Assembly (NCBI GenBank): GCA_044223005.1
Contig: JBGAML010000001.1
Coordinates: 64,001-128,000 of the forward strand
DNA from: Candidatus Eiseniibacteriota bacterium
GTDB lineage: Bacteria > Eisenbacteria > RBG-16-71-46
Length of the DNA stretch: 64,000 nucleotides
Direction of reading: 5' to 3'
The notes beneath the pieces were generated by a model, which was not told where the DNA came from, did not search any database, and was given only the letters and a program-made list of their open reading frames with translations. Each line of letters starts with the position of its first letter. Within the stretch, counting starts at the first letter, position 1. Shown in pieces: positions 1 to 9,053 of this stretch. Position numbers and translations under genes: made by a program.

Positions 1-1943
1 AGGACCTCACGGGCACGCACCTCGGCCAGAAGGTGTCGATGTTCGTGGACGCGAACGACCTCTCGCATTCGCGGCACGCCAAGGTCGCGTGCTCGCAGTG
101 CCACCCGGGCGCCACCAGCTCGATGATGCGGCCGTGCACGACCGTGAAGCCCACCGTCGACTGCTCGGTCTGCCACGCCGAGGTCGTGAAGACCTACCAG
201 GGCAGCGTGCACGGCACGCTGGCCGCGAAGGGCAGCCCGGACGCGCCGCGCTGCGTGGACTGCCACGGCAGCCACGGCATCCGCAGCCACCTCGAGCCCG
301 ACTCGCGCACGTACGCGCGCAACGTCCCGAACCTCTGCGCCGGCTGCCACCAGACGGGCAAGAAGGCGGCGCTGCGCTACAAGGGCGACCAGCACAACAT
401 CGTCGAGAACTACGAGGAGTCGATCCACGGCAAGGGGCTCGTGAAGAGCGGACTCGTGGTGACGGCGACGTGCGCGGACTGCCACAGCCCGCACGGCGAG
501 CTGCCGGCCAAGGACCCGAACTCGACGGTCAACCGCCGGAACATCGCCAGCACCTGTGCCAAGTGCCACCGCGGCATCTACGAGCAGTTCGAAGCCAGCG
601 TGCACTCGCCGACGTACAAGCCGGGCGAGAAGCGGCAGCTGCCCGTGTGCTCGGACTGCCACACGTCGCACACGATCGGACGCACGGACACCGAGAACTT
701 CCGCCTGACGATCATGGGCCAGTGCGGCAAGTGCCATAAGGACCTGGCCGAGTCGTACTTCGAGACGTACCACGGCAAGGTCTCGAAGCTCGGGTTCCTG
801 AAGACGGCCAAGTGCTACGACTGCCACGGCGCGCACGACATCCTCCCGGTCACCGACCCGAAGTCGCACCTGTCGCGGGCCAACATCGTGAAGACGTGCG
901 GCCAGTGCCACGCGGGGTCGAACCGCCGTTTCGCGGGCTACCTCACGCACGCGACGCACCACGATCCCAAGAAGTACCCGGCGCTGTTCGTGGTGTTCTG
1001 GGGAATGACCGGGCTGCTCGTCGGCACGTTCCTGTTCGCGGGCCTGCACACGCTGGCGTGGCTGCCGCGCTCGCTGCAGTACCGCAAGCAGCTCGCGGAA
1101 TCGCACGCGCTCGAATCGCCGCAGCACGTGCGCCGGTTCCCGACGCTCTACCGCAACCTGCACCTGATGGTGATCTCGAGCTTCCTCGCGCTCGCGCTCA
1201 CGGGCATGACGCTCAAGTTCTCGTACACGCCGTGGGCGTACGTGCTGTCGCGGCTCTTCGGCGGGTTCGAGTCCGCAGGCGTCATCCACCGCATCGGCGC
1301 GCTGGTGACCTTCAGCTACTTCGGGATCCACATCGTGGACCTCTTCCGCCGCCGCGCGGAGAGCAAGAAGAGCTGGTTCGAGTTCATCCTCGGCCCCGAG
1401 GGCATGATGTTCGGCCTCACCGACCTCAAGGAATTCATCGGCTCGGTGAAGTGGTTCCTCGGCAAGGGCCCGCGGCCGCAGTACGGGCGCTGGACGTACT
1501 GGGAGAAGTTCGACTACTTCGCCGTCTTCTGGGGCGTCGCGGTGATCGGCGCGTCGGGCCTGCTGCTCTGGTTCCCGACCTTCTTCACGAAGTTCGTCCC
1601 GGGCTGGGTGCTGAACGTGGCCACGATCATCCACAGCGACGAGGCCCTGCTCGCGGCCGGGTTCATCTTCACCGTGCACTTCTTCAACACGCACTTCCGG
1701 CCCGAGAAGTTCCCGATGGACACCGTGATCTTCACGGGCGGCATCCCGCTCGAGGAGTTCAAGCAGGACCGCCCGCGCGAGTACGAGGAACTGGTGAAGA
1801 GCGGCAAGCTCGAGCAGCGCCTGGTGCCGGCGCCGGATCCGCGCGACCTGCGCGGCTGGAAGATCTTCGGCACGATCGCCGTCTCGCTCGGCATCGCGCT
1901 GATCCTGTTGATCCTCTACTCGGCGATCTTCGGCTACCGCTGA
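1..1943 (+). CDS. Multiheme cytochrome c fused to a cytochrome b (FdnI/HydC-type) membrane domain, CbcL-like; 5'-truncated by the window
   Basis: The frame is open from the window start. There are 10 CxxCH motifs in the visible part, followed by several TM helices with spaced His residues (RNLHLM, VIHRIG, TIIHSDEA, TVHFF) and YWEKFDYFAVFWG. Confidence 0.88.
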   Translation, partial: DLTGTHLGQKVSMFVDANDLSHSRHAKVACSQCHPGATSSMMRPCTTVKPTVDCSVCHAEVVKTYQGSVHGTLAAKGSPDAPRCVDCHGSHGIRSHLEPDSRTYARNVPNLCAGCHQTGKKAALRYKGDQHNIVENYEESIHGKGLVKSGLVVTATCADCHSPHGELPAKDPNSTVNRRNIASTCAKCHRGIYEQFEASVHSPTYKPGEKRQLPVCSDCHTSHTIGRTDTENFRLTIMGQCGKCHKDLAESYFETYHGKVSKLGFLKTAKCYDCHGAHDILPVTDPKSHLSRANIVKTCGQCHAGSNRRFAGYLTHATHHDPKKYPALFVVFWGMTGLLVGTFLFAGLHTLAWLPRSLQYRKQLAESHALESPQHVRRFPTLYRNLHLMVISSFLALALTGMTLKFSYTPWAYVLSRLFGGFESAGVIHRIGALVTFSYFGIHIVDLFRRRAESKKSWFEFILGPEGMMFGLTDLKEFIGSVKWFLGKGPRPQYGRWTYWEKFDYFAVFWGVAVIGASGLLLWFPTFFTKFVPGWVLNVATIIHSDEALLAAGFIFTVHFFNTHFRPEKFPMDTVIFTGGIPLEEFKQDRPREYEELVKSGKLEQRLVPAPDPRDLRGWKIFGTIAVSLGIALILLILYSAIFGYR

Positions 1944-1981
1944 GCGATCCCGGTTTCCGCGCGCGGCCGCGCGCGTCACGC

Positions 1982-2009
1982 GAAGGGGCCCACGATCGGG
2001 GGCCCCTTC
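1982..2009. terminator. Inverted repeat between convergent genes
   Basis: gaaggggccc ... gggccccttc forms a 10-bp stem just after the stop at 1943. Confidence 0.6.
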
Positions 2010-2034
2010 TGCCATCCGCCTCGCAACCGGGCCG

Positions 2035-4449
2035 CTACTCGACCACGGCGAGCCGTCGCGTCTCGCTTCGCCCCGGCGCGGTGAGCCGCGCGAAGTAGAG
2101 GCCCGGCGCCATCGCGCGTCCCGCATCGTCACGCCCGTCCCAGCGCACCACCTGCTCGCCCGCGGCGAACGCGCCGTCCGCCAGCGTCCGCACGCGACGG
2201 CCCGCCGCGTCGAGCAGCTCGAGCCGCACGCGGCCCGCGGCCGCCAGGCCGAAGCGCAGCACGCTCCCGGCTCGCGCGGGGTTCGGGCTCGGCGCCGCGA
2301 AGAACGCGCGCGCGTCCGCGTCGCCCACCGCCGCGATCGCCGCGGGCAACAGCGTCGCCGGAGCGGATTCGTTCCCGTGCGCATCCACCGCCGTCAGCTT
2401 GTACGTCACCGTTGCCGACGCCGCGTCCACCCAGCCCGTGTCCGGCGGCGAGGCGATCAGCGTCGCCGGCGACGGCACGAACGACGGGCTCGTCCCGCGG
2501 TAGAGCTTGTAGCCCGCGAGGTCCGCCTCGTGGTTCGGGTTCCACGACAGGTGCGTCGCGCCGGCGCGGTACGTGCCCGTCAGCGGCGCTGGCGTCACCG
2601 GCGCGAGGTTGTCCACCGAGTAGCCGCTGTCCGGCTGCGAGTACCAGCGGTCCGCGGCCGCCGACGACGACGAACGCGCCTCGATCATGAATGCCGTGTA
2701 CTTGAGGAACCCGCCGACCGAGTCCTGTGCCGTCGGCACCACCATGCTGTAGCTCGCCAGCTGCGCCGACGGCGTGCTCGCGACGAACTCCCACGCGTAG
2801 TCGGTGACGCCCGAGGCGGGCAGCAGCAGCCTGCCCGAGCGCACCGCCTCGTCGGGCGACACCGTCGTGCCGCGGCGCGCCGCGAGCGCGCGGCCGGCCG
2901 CCGTCGCCAGCGGCACCGAGCGCCACACGCGGTAGTCGAACACGAGGAACGTCGGATCCACGTCCAGCCAGCTCGCGGTCCACGACACCTTCACCGCGCC
3001 GCCCTGGTCCGCGGGCACGTCGCGCACCGAGGTGATGCCCGGCTCCGGAGTGCCGAGCTGCCCCGTGTGGTCCACGCGCTGCGCGTACACGTCCATGGTC
3101 GTCGAGCGCTGGTCCTCCCAGAAGGCGATCGCGCCGCCCTGGCCATCCGAGGCGACGCGGGGGTCCGACTGGACGCCGACCGCCTGGCAGAGCCCCACGC
3201 CGTTCGCCGTCCACTGGGCGACACCCGAGGCGCTGAGCCGCTGGGCGTAGACGTCGCCACCGAGTCCGCTGCGCCAATCCTCCCAGGATGCGATCAACCC
3301 ACCTTGACCGTCTGGCATCGCCTCGCCGACGTACTGTTGCCCCGTCGCCGTGCACACGGCGACGCCGTTGAGCGTCCACAGCGCCGCGCCCGACGCGGCG
3401 ATCCGCTGTGCGTAGAGGTCGGTCTCGGCGACGTTGGTCCGCGTGTCTTCCCACAGGACGATCGCCCCGCCGGCGCCGTCGGTGACGAGCCGCGAGTCGT
3501 ATTGCGAGTTCGTCGCCGTGCAGACCGGCACGCTCCAGAGCAGGCCGCCGGTCGAGGTCACGCGCTGCGCGTAGACGTCCGAGGTCGCGCCGGCGCGCGC
3601 ATCGTCGCAGACGACGATCGCCCCGCCCACGCCGTCGGAGACGACGCCCGTGACGATCTGGGCGTTCGCGGCATTGGAGACGACGATGCCGTTGAGCGTC
3701 CACGCCGCCGTCCCCGCGGCGGTCACCCGCTGGGCGTAGACGTCGACATCGGCGCCGCGGGCATCCTGCCAGGCGACGATCAGGCCCCCGGCACCATCGG
3801 AGGCGAAGCGCGGAACCGTCTGCGCCGAGGCCAACGTGCAAAGTGCGACGCCGTTCGCGGTCCAGAGCGGCGTTCCCGCGGCGCCGATCCGCTGGGCGTA
3901 GATGTCCGAGTTGCCCGCGCGGACGTCCTCCCACGCGACCTCGACGCCGCCCGCCCCGTCGGCGACCGCGCCGCGCATGTACTTGCTGCCGGTCGAGATG
4001 CAGAAGGCGACACCGTTCGCCGTCCACAGCGAGGTACCGCTCGCGTTCACGCGCTGGGCGTAGAGGTTGTACACGCCGGACCGCGAATCCTCCCACAGGA
4101 CGATGAATCCCCCGGCGCCGTCGGACACCATGCGCGGGTTGTACTGGTTGCCCGCGGCATTGCTCACGATCACACCGGTGGCGTTCCAGAGCGGCTTCCC
4201 GCCGGCGTCGAGATGCTGCGCGTAGAGATCGTAGGTACCCGAGCGCGAATCCTCCCACGCCACGAACAGGCCGCCGGCACCGTCGGGAAGCGGAGCGGCG
4301 TTGTACTGGTTTCCGGGCTCCATGCCGAGCAGGAGGTTGGCGCTGTAGGGATCGTGCGGCCACGCGGCGAGCGCGACCGGCGCGCGCAGCGACGCGAGCG
4401 CGAGCGCGGTGGTCAGGAGCAGCAGGAGCGACGAGGTGCGGCGCGGCAT
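2035..4449 (-). CDS. Secreted repeat (probable 8-bladed beta-propeller) protein with an Ig/FN3-like region and C-terminal FlgD-Ig sorting domain
   Basis: ATG 4449 has a GGAGG RBS. Signal peptide MPRRTSSLLLLLTTALALA. Eight DGxGG-xxVxWEDxR-xxxDxYAQR repeats. C-terminal PSPNP...WDGRDDAGR...PGLYFARL. Confidence 0.8.
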   Translation of the reverse strand: MPRRTSSLLLLLTTALALASLRAPVALAAWPHDPYSANLLLGMEPGNQYNAAPLPDGAGGLFVAWEDSRSGTYDLYAQHLDAGGKPLWNATGVIVSNAAGNQYNPRMVSDGAGGFIVLWEDSRSGVYNLYAQRVNASGTSLWTANGVAFCISTGSKYMRGAVADGAGGVEVAWEDVRAGNSDIYAQRIGAAGTPLWTANGVALCTLASAQTVPRFASDGAGGLIVAWQDARGADVDVYAQRVTAAGTAAWTLNGIVVSNAANAQIVTGVVSDGVGGAIVVCDDARAGATSDVYAQRVTSTGGLLWSVPVCTATNSQYDSRLVTDGAGGAIVLWEDTRTNVAETDLYAQRIAASGAALWTLNGVAVCTATGQQYVGEAMPDGQGGLIASWEDWRSGLGGDVYAQRLSASGVAQWTANGVGLCQAVGVQSDPRVASDGQGGAIAFWEDQRSTTMDVYAQRVDHTGQLGTPEPGITSVRDVPADQGGAVKVSWTASWLDVDPTFLVFDYRVWRSVPLATAAGRALAARRGTTVSPDEAVRSGRLLLPASGVTDYAWEFVASTPSAQLASYSMVVPTAQDSVGGFLKYTAFMIEARSSSSAAADRWYSQPDSGYSVDNLAPVTPAPLTGTYRAGATHLSWNPNHEADLAGYKLYRGTSPSFVPSPATLIASPPDTGWVDAASATVTYKLTAVDAHGNESAPATLLPAAIAAVGDADARAFFAAPSPNPARAGSVLRFGLAAAGRVRLELLDAAGRRVRTLADGAFAAGEQVVRWDGRDDAGRAMAPGLYFARLTAPGRSETRRLAVVE

Positions 4450-4625
4450 GGCGGCCTCCGGTTTGGTCGTGACGTCGGCGTCGGGCCCCGTCGGGCCCCG
4501 ATCCGGAACGCGCCGGAACGGGCGCCGGCCCGACATGCCGGGCCACCGGTTTCTGCGATATCGTGTCCGCACACGGTTCCCGCCCCACCGGCCGCCCCCC
4601 GGGCCCGCCCCTCCGGAGGCTTTCC

Positions 4626-4943
4626 ATGCCCGTCCGTGGCCGCCCGATCGTCCTCGCCGTCGCCTCGCTCCTGCTGTTCGCCCATGCCGCGCCGGCCCCG
4701 GCGGACTCCGACCTGGTGCGCATCCGCGCCGCGTGCGCGAGTGCGAAGCGCGTGAAGGTGTCCGCACGCCACCTCGGCAGCGCGTACGACTCGGTGACGT
4801 TCGACGCCGCCGGCGCGCACGCGTGGTTCCCGGTCGTACCCGACTACTCGATCAGCACTGCCTGCTCGACCCGGGACGAGGAGCGGATCATCCCGTGGGC
4901 CGACGTCCGCCGCATCGAGGCCCCCAACCCGAAGGCGCGATGA
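4626..4943 (+). CDS. Small hypothetical secreted protein
   Basis: GGAGG RBS before ATG 4626, a signal peptide (IVLAVASLLLFAHAAPAPA), two Cys, and an ATGA overlap with the next gene. Confidence 0.6.
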   Translation: MPVRGRPIVLAVASLLLFAHAAPAPADSDLVRIRAACASAKRVKVSARHLGSAYDSVTFDAAGAHAWFPVVPDYSISTACSTRDEERIIPWADVRRIEAPNPKAR

Positions 4944-5362
4944 GCGAACCCCCGCGCCTGCGGCGCGTGCTCGAGACCGCGCTCTACGTCGACGACATGC
5001 CCCGCGCCGTCGCGTTCTGGCGCGACACCATGGGCCTGCGCGCGCTGGGCGGCGACGACCGGCTGACCCCGCTCGACGCCGGAGAGGGCACCGTGCTGCT
5101 GCTCTTCCGCCGCGGCGCGACGCGCGACGGGATCCGGTTCCCCGGCGGCGCGATCCCGCCGCACGATGGTTCGGGGCCCGCGCACGTCGCGTTCGCGATC
5201 GACGCCGCGGCGTTCGACGGCTGGCTCGCGCAGCTCGCCGCGCACGGCGTCGAAGTGGAGACCGTCAACACGTGGTCGCGCGGCGGGCGGAGCATCTACT
5301 TCCGCGACCCGGACGGGCATTCGGTCGAACTGGCGACGCCGGGGGTCTGGGAGACGTACTGA
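4940..5362 (+). CDS. VOC/glyoxalase family protein
   Basis: LETALYVDD, HVAFAI and SIYFRDPDGHSVEL motifs. Confidence 0.88.
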   Translation: MSEPPRLRRVLETALYVDDMPRAVAFWRDTMGLRALGGDDRLTPLDAGEGTVLLLFRRGATRDGIRFPGGAIPPHDGSGPAHVAFAIDAAAFDGWLAQLAAHGVEVETVNTWSRGGRSIYFRDPDGHSVELATPGVWETY

Positions 5363-5432
5363 GAGGCCGCACGCGCCGCGGAGACTCGCCATGGCGGGCG
5401 GAGGATGCTGTCCTCCCCGGCCATGAGCGGGA

Positions 5433-5858
5433 ATGCATTCCACGACCGCGTCGCGGCGATCGGGCGCGAGCTCGACGAGTCCCATTCCGAGCGCGAATCC
5501 GAGCGCGACGCGGCTGGGGTCGGTACTCGAGGTGATCTACCTCGTCTTCAACGAGGGCCATGCCGCCACCGCCGGCGAGGACTGGATGCGGCCGGCGCTG
5601 TGCGAGGAGGCGATCCGCCTGGGGCGCGTGCTCGCGAACCTCACGCCGAACGAGCCCGAGGTGCACGGCCGGCTCGCGCTCATGGAGCTGCAGGCGTCGC
5701 GAACCGCCGCTCGGACCGATGCCGCGGGCGCGCCCGCACTGCTGCTCGAGCAGGATCGCTCTCGCTGGGACTTCGCGGCGATCCAGCGCGGCCTCGCGGC
5801 GCTCGCACGCGCCGAATCGCTGGCGCAGGCCCGGGCCTGCGGCGGCCCGGCGGCCTGA
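5433..5858 (+). pseudogene. Fragment of the C-terminal extension (DUF6596-like) of an ECF sigma factor
   Basis: RLGSVLEVIYLVFNEGH...LCEEAIRLGR...PEVHGRLALM...LLEQDRSRWD. The sigma2/sigma4 domains and the TPR tail are absent, and the start is uncertain. Confidence 0.65.
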
Positions 5859-5889
5859 GCGCCGGCGCGGAGCGCAGCCGCCGAAACGC

Positions 5890-5922
5890 ACCGCGCCCGG
5901 ACCGAAGCAGTCCGGGCGCGGT
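5890..5922. terminator. 13-bp inverted repeat between convergent genes
   Basis: accgcgcccggac-N7-gtccgggcgcggt. Confidence 0.6.
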
Positions 5923-5942
5923 CGTATCGACGACGCGCGACG

Positions 5943-7307
5943 TCAGGCGACGACGAGCTTGTCCGCGACGTCGAGCGCCTTGTCGATCGCGGCGAGGCCC
6001 TCGCGGATCTCGTCGTCGGTCGTGGTGCACGGCGGCGTCACCTGGAGCCGGTTGAAGTGCGCGAACGGCCACACGCCACCGGCCTTGCACGCGGTCATCA
6101 CCTCGACCATCGGCTTGGCCGCGGCGCCGCTGGCGTTGAACGGCACGAACGGCTCGCGCGTCTTGCGGTCGCGCACGAGCTCGATGGCCCAGAACACGCC
6201 CAGGCCGCGAACCTCGCCGACGCTGGGGTGCTTCTGCGCGATCTTCGCGAGCTCGGGGCCGATCACGTCGTTCCCCAGGTGCCGCGCGTGCTCGACGATC
6301 TTCTCTTCCTTGAAGATGCCGATGCTCGCCACGATCGACGAGCAGGCGAGCGGGTGGCCCGAGTACGTGAGGCCGCCGTGGAACGCGCGGTCTTTGAACG
6401 TCTCGGCGATCTTCCGGCTGATGATCACGCCGCCGACCGGGATGTACCCCGAGTTGGAGCCCTTGGCGAACGTGATCAGGTCGGGCACGACCTTCCAGCG
6501 GTCGACCGCGAACCACTCGCCGCAGCGGCCGAAGCCGGCCATGACCTCGTCGCAGATCATCACGATGCCGTGCTGGTCGCACAGCGCGCGCACACCCGCG
6601 AGGTAGCCGTCCGGCGGGACCAGGATGCCGTTGGTGCCGACCACGGTCTCGAGGATGATCGCCGCGATCGTCTGCGGTCCCTCGACCATGATCACGTCGG
6701 AGAGGTGCTGCAGCGCGCGCGTGCATTCCTCGGCGACGCTGCTCGAGTGGAACGCCGAGCGGTAGGGATACGGGCCCCAGAACTTGACCGCGCCCGCCGC
6801 GCCCGGCTCGTTGGCCCAGCGGCGCGGATCGCCGGTCAGCGTGATCGACGTGCCCGTCGCGCCGTGGTAGCTGCGATAGGCCGACATCACCTTGTGGCGC
6901 CCGGTGTGGCCGCGCGCGAGGCGCACCGCGTTCTCGACCGCTTCGGTGCCGCCGTTGGTGAAGAACACCATGTCCAGGTCACCCGGGGCGAGCTCGGCGA
7001 TCAGCCGCGCGGCCTCGCTGCGCATGTCGTTCGCGAAGCTGGGCGCGATCGTGCAGAGGCGGCCGGCCTGCTCCTGGATGGCCGCGACCAGCTTCGGGTG
7101 CTGGTGGCCGATGTTCACGTTCACGAGCTGGCTCGAGAAATCGAGCCACGTGTTGCCCTTGTCGTCCCACATGCGCGAGCCCTTGGCTCCCGCGATGACG
7201 ACGGGCGAGATCTGGCCCTGCGCGGACCACGAGTGGAAGACGTGGGCGCGATCGTTGGCGTAGGCGCTGGCGAGGTACGGCGAGACTTCGGTGGAGGTCG
7301 GGTTCAT
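5943..7307 (-). CDS. Class III PLP aminotransferase, probably beta-alanine transaminase (PydD-like)
   Basis: FFTNGGTEA, SYHG, DEVMAGFGR and PDLITFAKG motifs. It is divergent from the pyrimidine catabolism genes. Confidence 0.85.
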   Translation of the reverse strand: MNPTSTEVSPYLASAYANDRAHVFHSWSAQGQISPVVIAGAKGSRMWDDKGNTWLDFSSQLVNVNIGHQHPKLVAAIQEQAGRLCTIAPSFANDMRSEAARLIAELAPGDLDMVFFTNGGTEAVENAVRLARGHTGRHKVMSAYRSYHGATGTSITLTGDPRRWANEPGAAGAVKFWGPYPYRSAFHSSSVAEECTRALQHLSDVIMVEGPQTIAAIILETVVGTNGILVPPDGYLAGVRALCDQHGIVMICDEVMAGFGRCGEWFAVDRWKVVPDLITFAKGSNSGYIPVGGVIISRKIAETFKDRAFHGGLTYSGHPLACSSIVASIGIFKEEKIVEHARHLGNDVIGPELAKIAQKHPSVGEVRGLGVFWAIELVRDRKTREPFVPFNASGAAAKPMVEVMTACKAGGVWPFAHFNRLQVTPPCTTTDDEIREGLAAIDKALDVADKLVVA

Positions 7308-7600
7308 GCGCCTATTGTGCACCATGCCCGCGGGCGCCGAACAGGGGTTCCGTGCGGCCGGCGGACGTGCGCGCGCATTCCCGGCAGCGGCCGTCACGCG
7401 GTCCCCGGCGCTCGTCGCCACGCGAAATCGCTCCCGCCGCGGCGGGGGCCGTTGTATCCTCCCCCGACTTCGCGGCCCCCTGCGGCCGCAGCGCTCCCCG
7501 GCGTGCCGCCGCGGACGATGGACGAACCCGACTGCTGGGAGACACGGGTCCCGAGAGCCCCGACTTGGCCGGACAGCCGACATCGGCTTTCGGAGGAATC

Positions 7601-9007
7601 ATGGGACTCATCATCCGGAACGGCGAGATCGTCACCGCCACCGAGCGCTTCGTCGCCGACGTGCGCGTGGACGGCGAGACGATCACGGACATCGGGACGC
7701 GGCTCGACGCGCGCACCGGCGACGAAACGCTCGACGCGGCCGGCCAGTACGTGCTCCCCGGCTTTGTCGACCCGCACGTGCACATGGAGCTGGGCTTCAT
7801 GGGCACCACCAGCGCGGACGACTTCGATCACGGCGGCGCCACCGGTGCGGCCGGCGGCACGACGACGTTCATCGACTTCTGCATGCAGGGCAAGGGCCAG
7901 TCGCTCACCGACGCGGTCGCCGCGTGGCACCAGAAGTCGTCGAAGGCGTCGGTCGACTACAGCTACCACATGGGCATCACGGACTTCGGCCCGAACACGC
8001 CCGCCGAGATGCGCGAAGTCGTCGAGAAGCACGGCATCACCAGCTTCAAGGTGTTCCTCGCCTACAAGGGCGCCCTCATGGTGGACGACGGGCAGCTCTA
8101 CCAGGTGATGCAGGAAGCCGGGAAGCTGGGCGCCGTCGTGACCGTGCACGCCGAGAACGGCGACGCGGTCTGGCACCTGCAGCAGGAGCTGCTCGCGCGC
8201 AAGTGCACGGGCCCCGAGTTCCACCCGGTCTCGCGCCCGAGCTCGGTCGAGGGCGAAGCCACCGAGCGCGCGCTGATGATGGCGCGCCTGCACGGCACCA
8301 CCGCCTACATCGTGCACATGACCTGCAAGGAATCCGTGCACGCGCTCGAGCGCGCGAAGCTCGCGGGCCAGCGCTGCTACGGCGAGACCTGCCCGCAGTA
8401 CCTGCTGCTCGACGACACGGTGTTCGACAAGCCCGACTTCGGGGGCTCGGCGTACGTCATGAGCCCGCCGATCCGGCCGGGGCACGTCGGGCATCACGAC
8501 GCGCTCTGGAACTCGCTCTCGAACCGCATGATGGACACCGTGGGCACCGACCACTGTCCGTTCACGCACGAGCAGAAGAAGATGGGCGTCGGCAACTTCA
8601 CGCGCATTCCGAACGGCGCCGCGGGCATCGAGGACCGGCTCGCGCTGCTCTATTCGTACGGCGTGCGCGGTGGCCGTTTCGGCATCGAGCGCATGGTCGA
8701 GCTCGGCAGCACGGCGCCCGCGCGGGTCTTCGGCCTGCGCAAGAAGGGCGCCGTCGCCGTGGGAATGGACGCCGACCTGGTGCTGTTCGACCCGAACGGC
8801 GAACGCGAACTGAGCGCGAAGACACACCACTCGCACGCGGACCGCAGCGTGTTCGAGGGTTTCAAGGTGTACGGACGCGTGGCCCGCACGCTGTCGCGCG
8901 GCCGCACGGTCTGGGACGGCAAGACGCTCACGACCACGCGCGGAACGGGCCGCTTCATCGCCCGCAAGCCCGAGCACTTCGCACACCACGCCGAAGTGAG
9001 GCCCTGA
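7601..9007 (+). CDS. hydA: Dihydropyrimidinase / D-hydantoinase
   Basis: GGAGG RBS. PGFVDPHVH, GGTTT, SFKVFLAY, VHAENG and GTDHCPF motifs. Confidence 0.92.
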   Translation: MGLIIRNGEIVTATERFVADVRVDGETITDIGTRLDARTGDETLDAAGQYVLPGFVDPHVHMELGFMGTTSADDFDHGGATGAAGGTTTFIDFCMQGKGQSLTDAVAAWHQKSSKASVDYSYHMGITDFGPNTPAEMREVVEKHGITSFKVFLAYKGALMVDDGQLYQVMQEAGKLGAVVTVHAENGDAVWHLQQELLARKCTGPEFHPVSRPSSVEGEATERALMMARLHGTTAYIVHMTCKESVHALERAKLAGQRCYGETCPQYLLLDDTVFDKPDFGGSAYVMSPPIRPGHVGHHDALWNSLSNRMMDTVGTDHCPFTHEQKKMGVGNFTRIPNGAAGIEDRLALLYSYGVRGGRFGIERMVELGSTAPARVFGLRKKGAVAVGMDADLVLFDPNGERELSAKTHHSHADRSVFEGFKVYGRVARTLSRGRTVWDGKTLTTTRGTGRFIARKPEHFAHHAEVRP

Positions 9008-9053
9008 CCCCGCCACCGGCGGTGTCGCGACTTCCGAACCCCGAGGGGATCGC

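Noticed and set aside
7308..7600. Possible riboswitch in the leader between the aminotransferase and hydA
   Set aside because: I found only short hairpins (e.g. agccg-acat-cggct near the RBS) and could not match a known aptamer. An Rfam/Infernal scan is needed.
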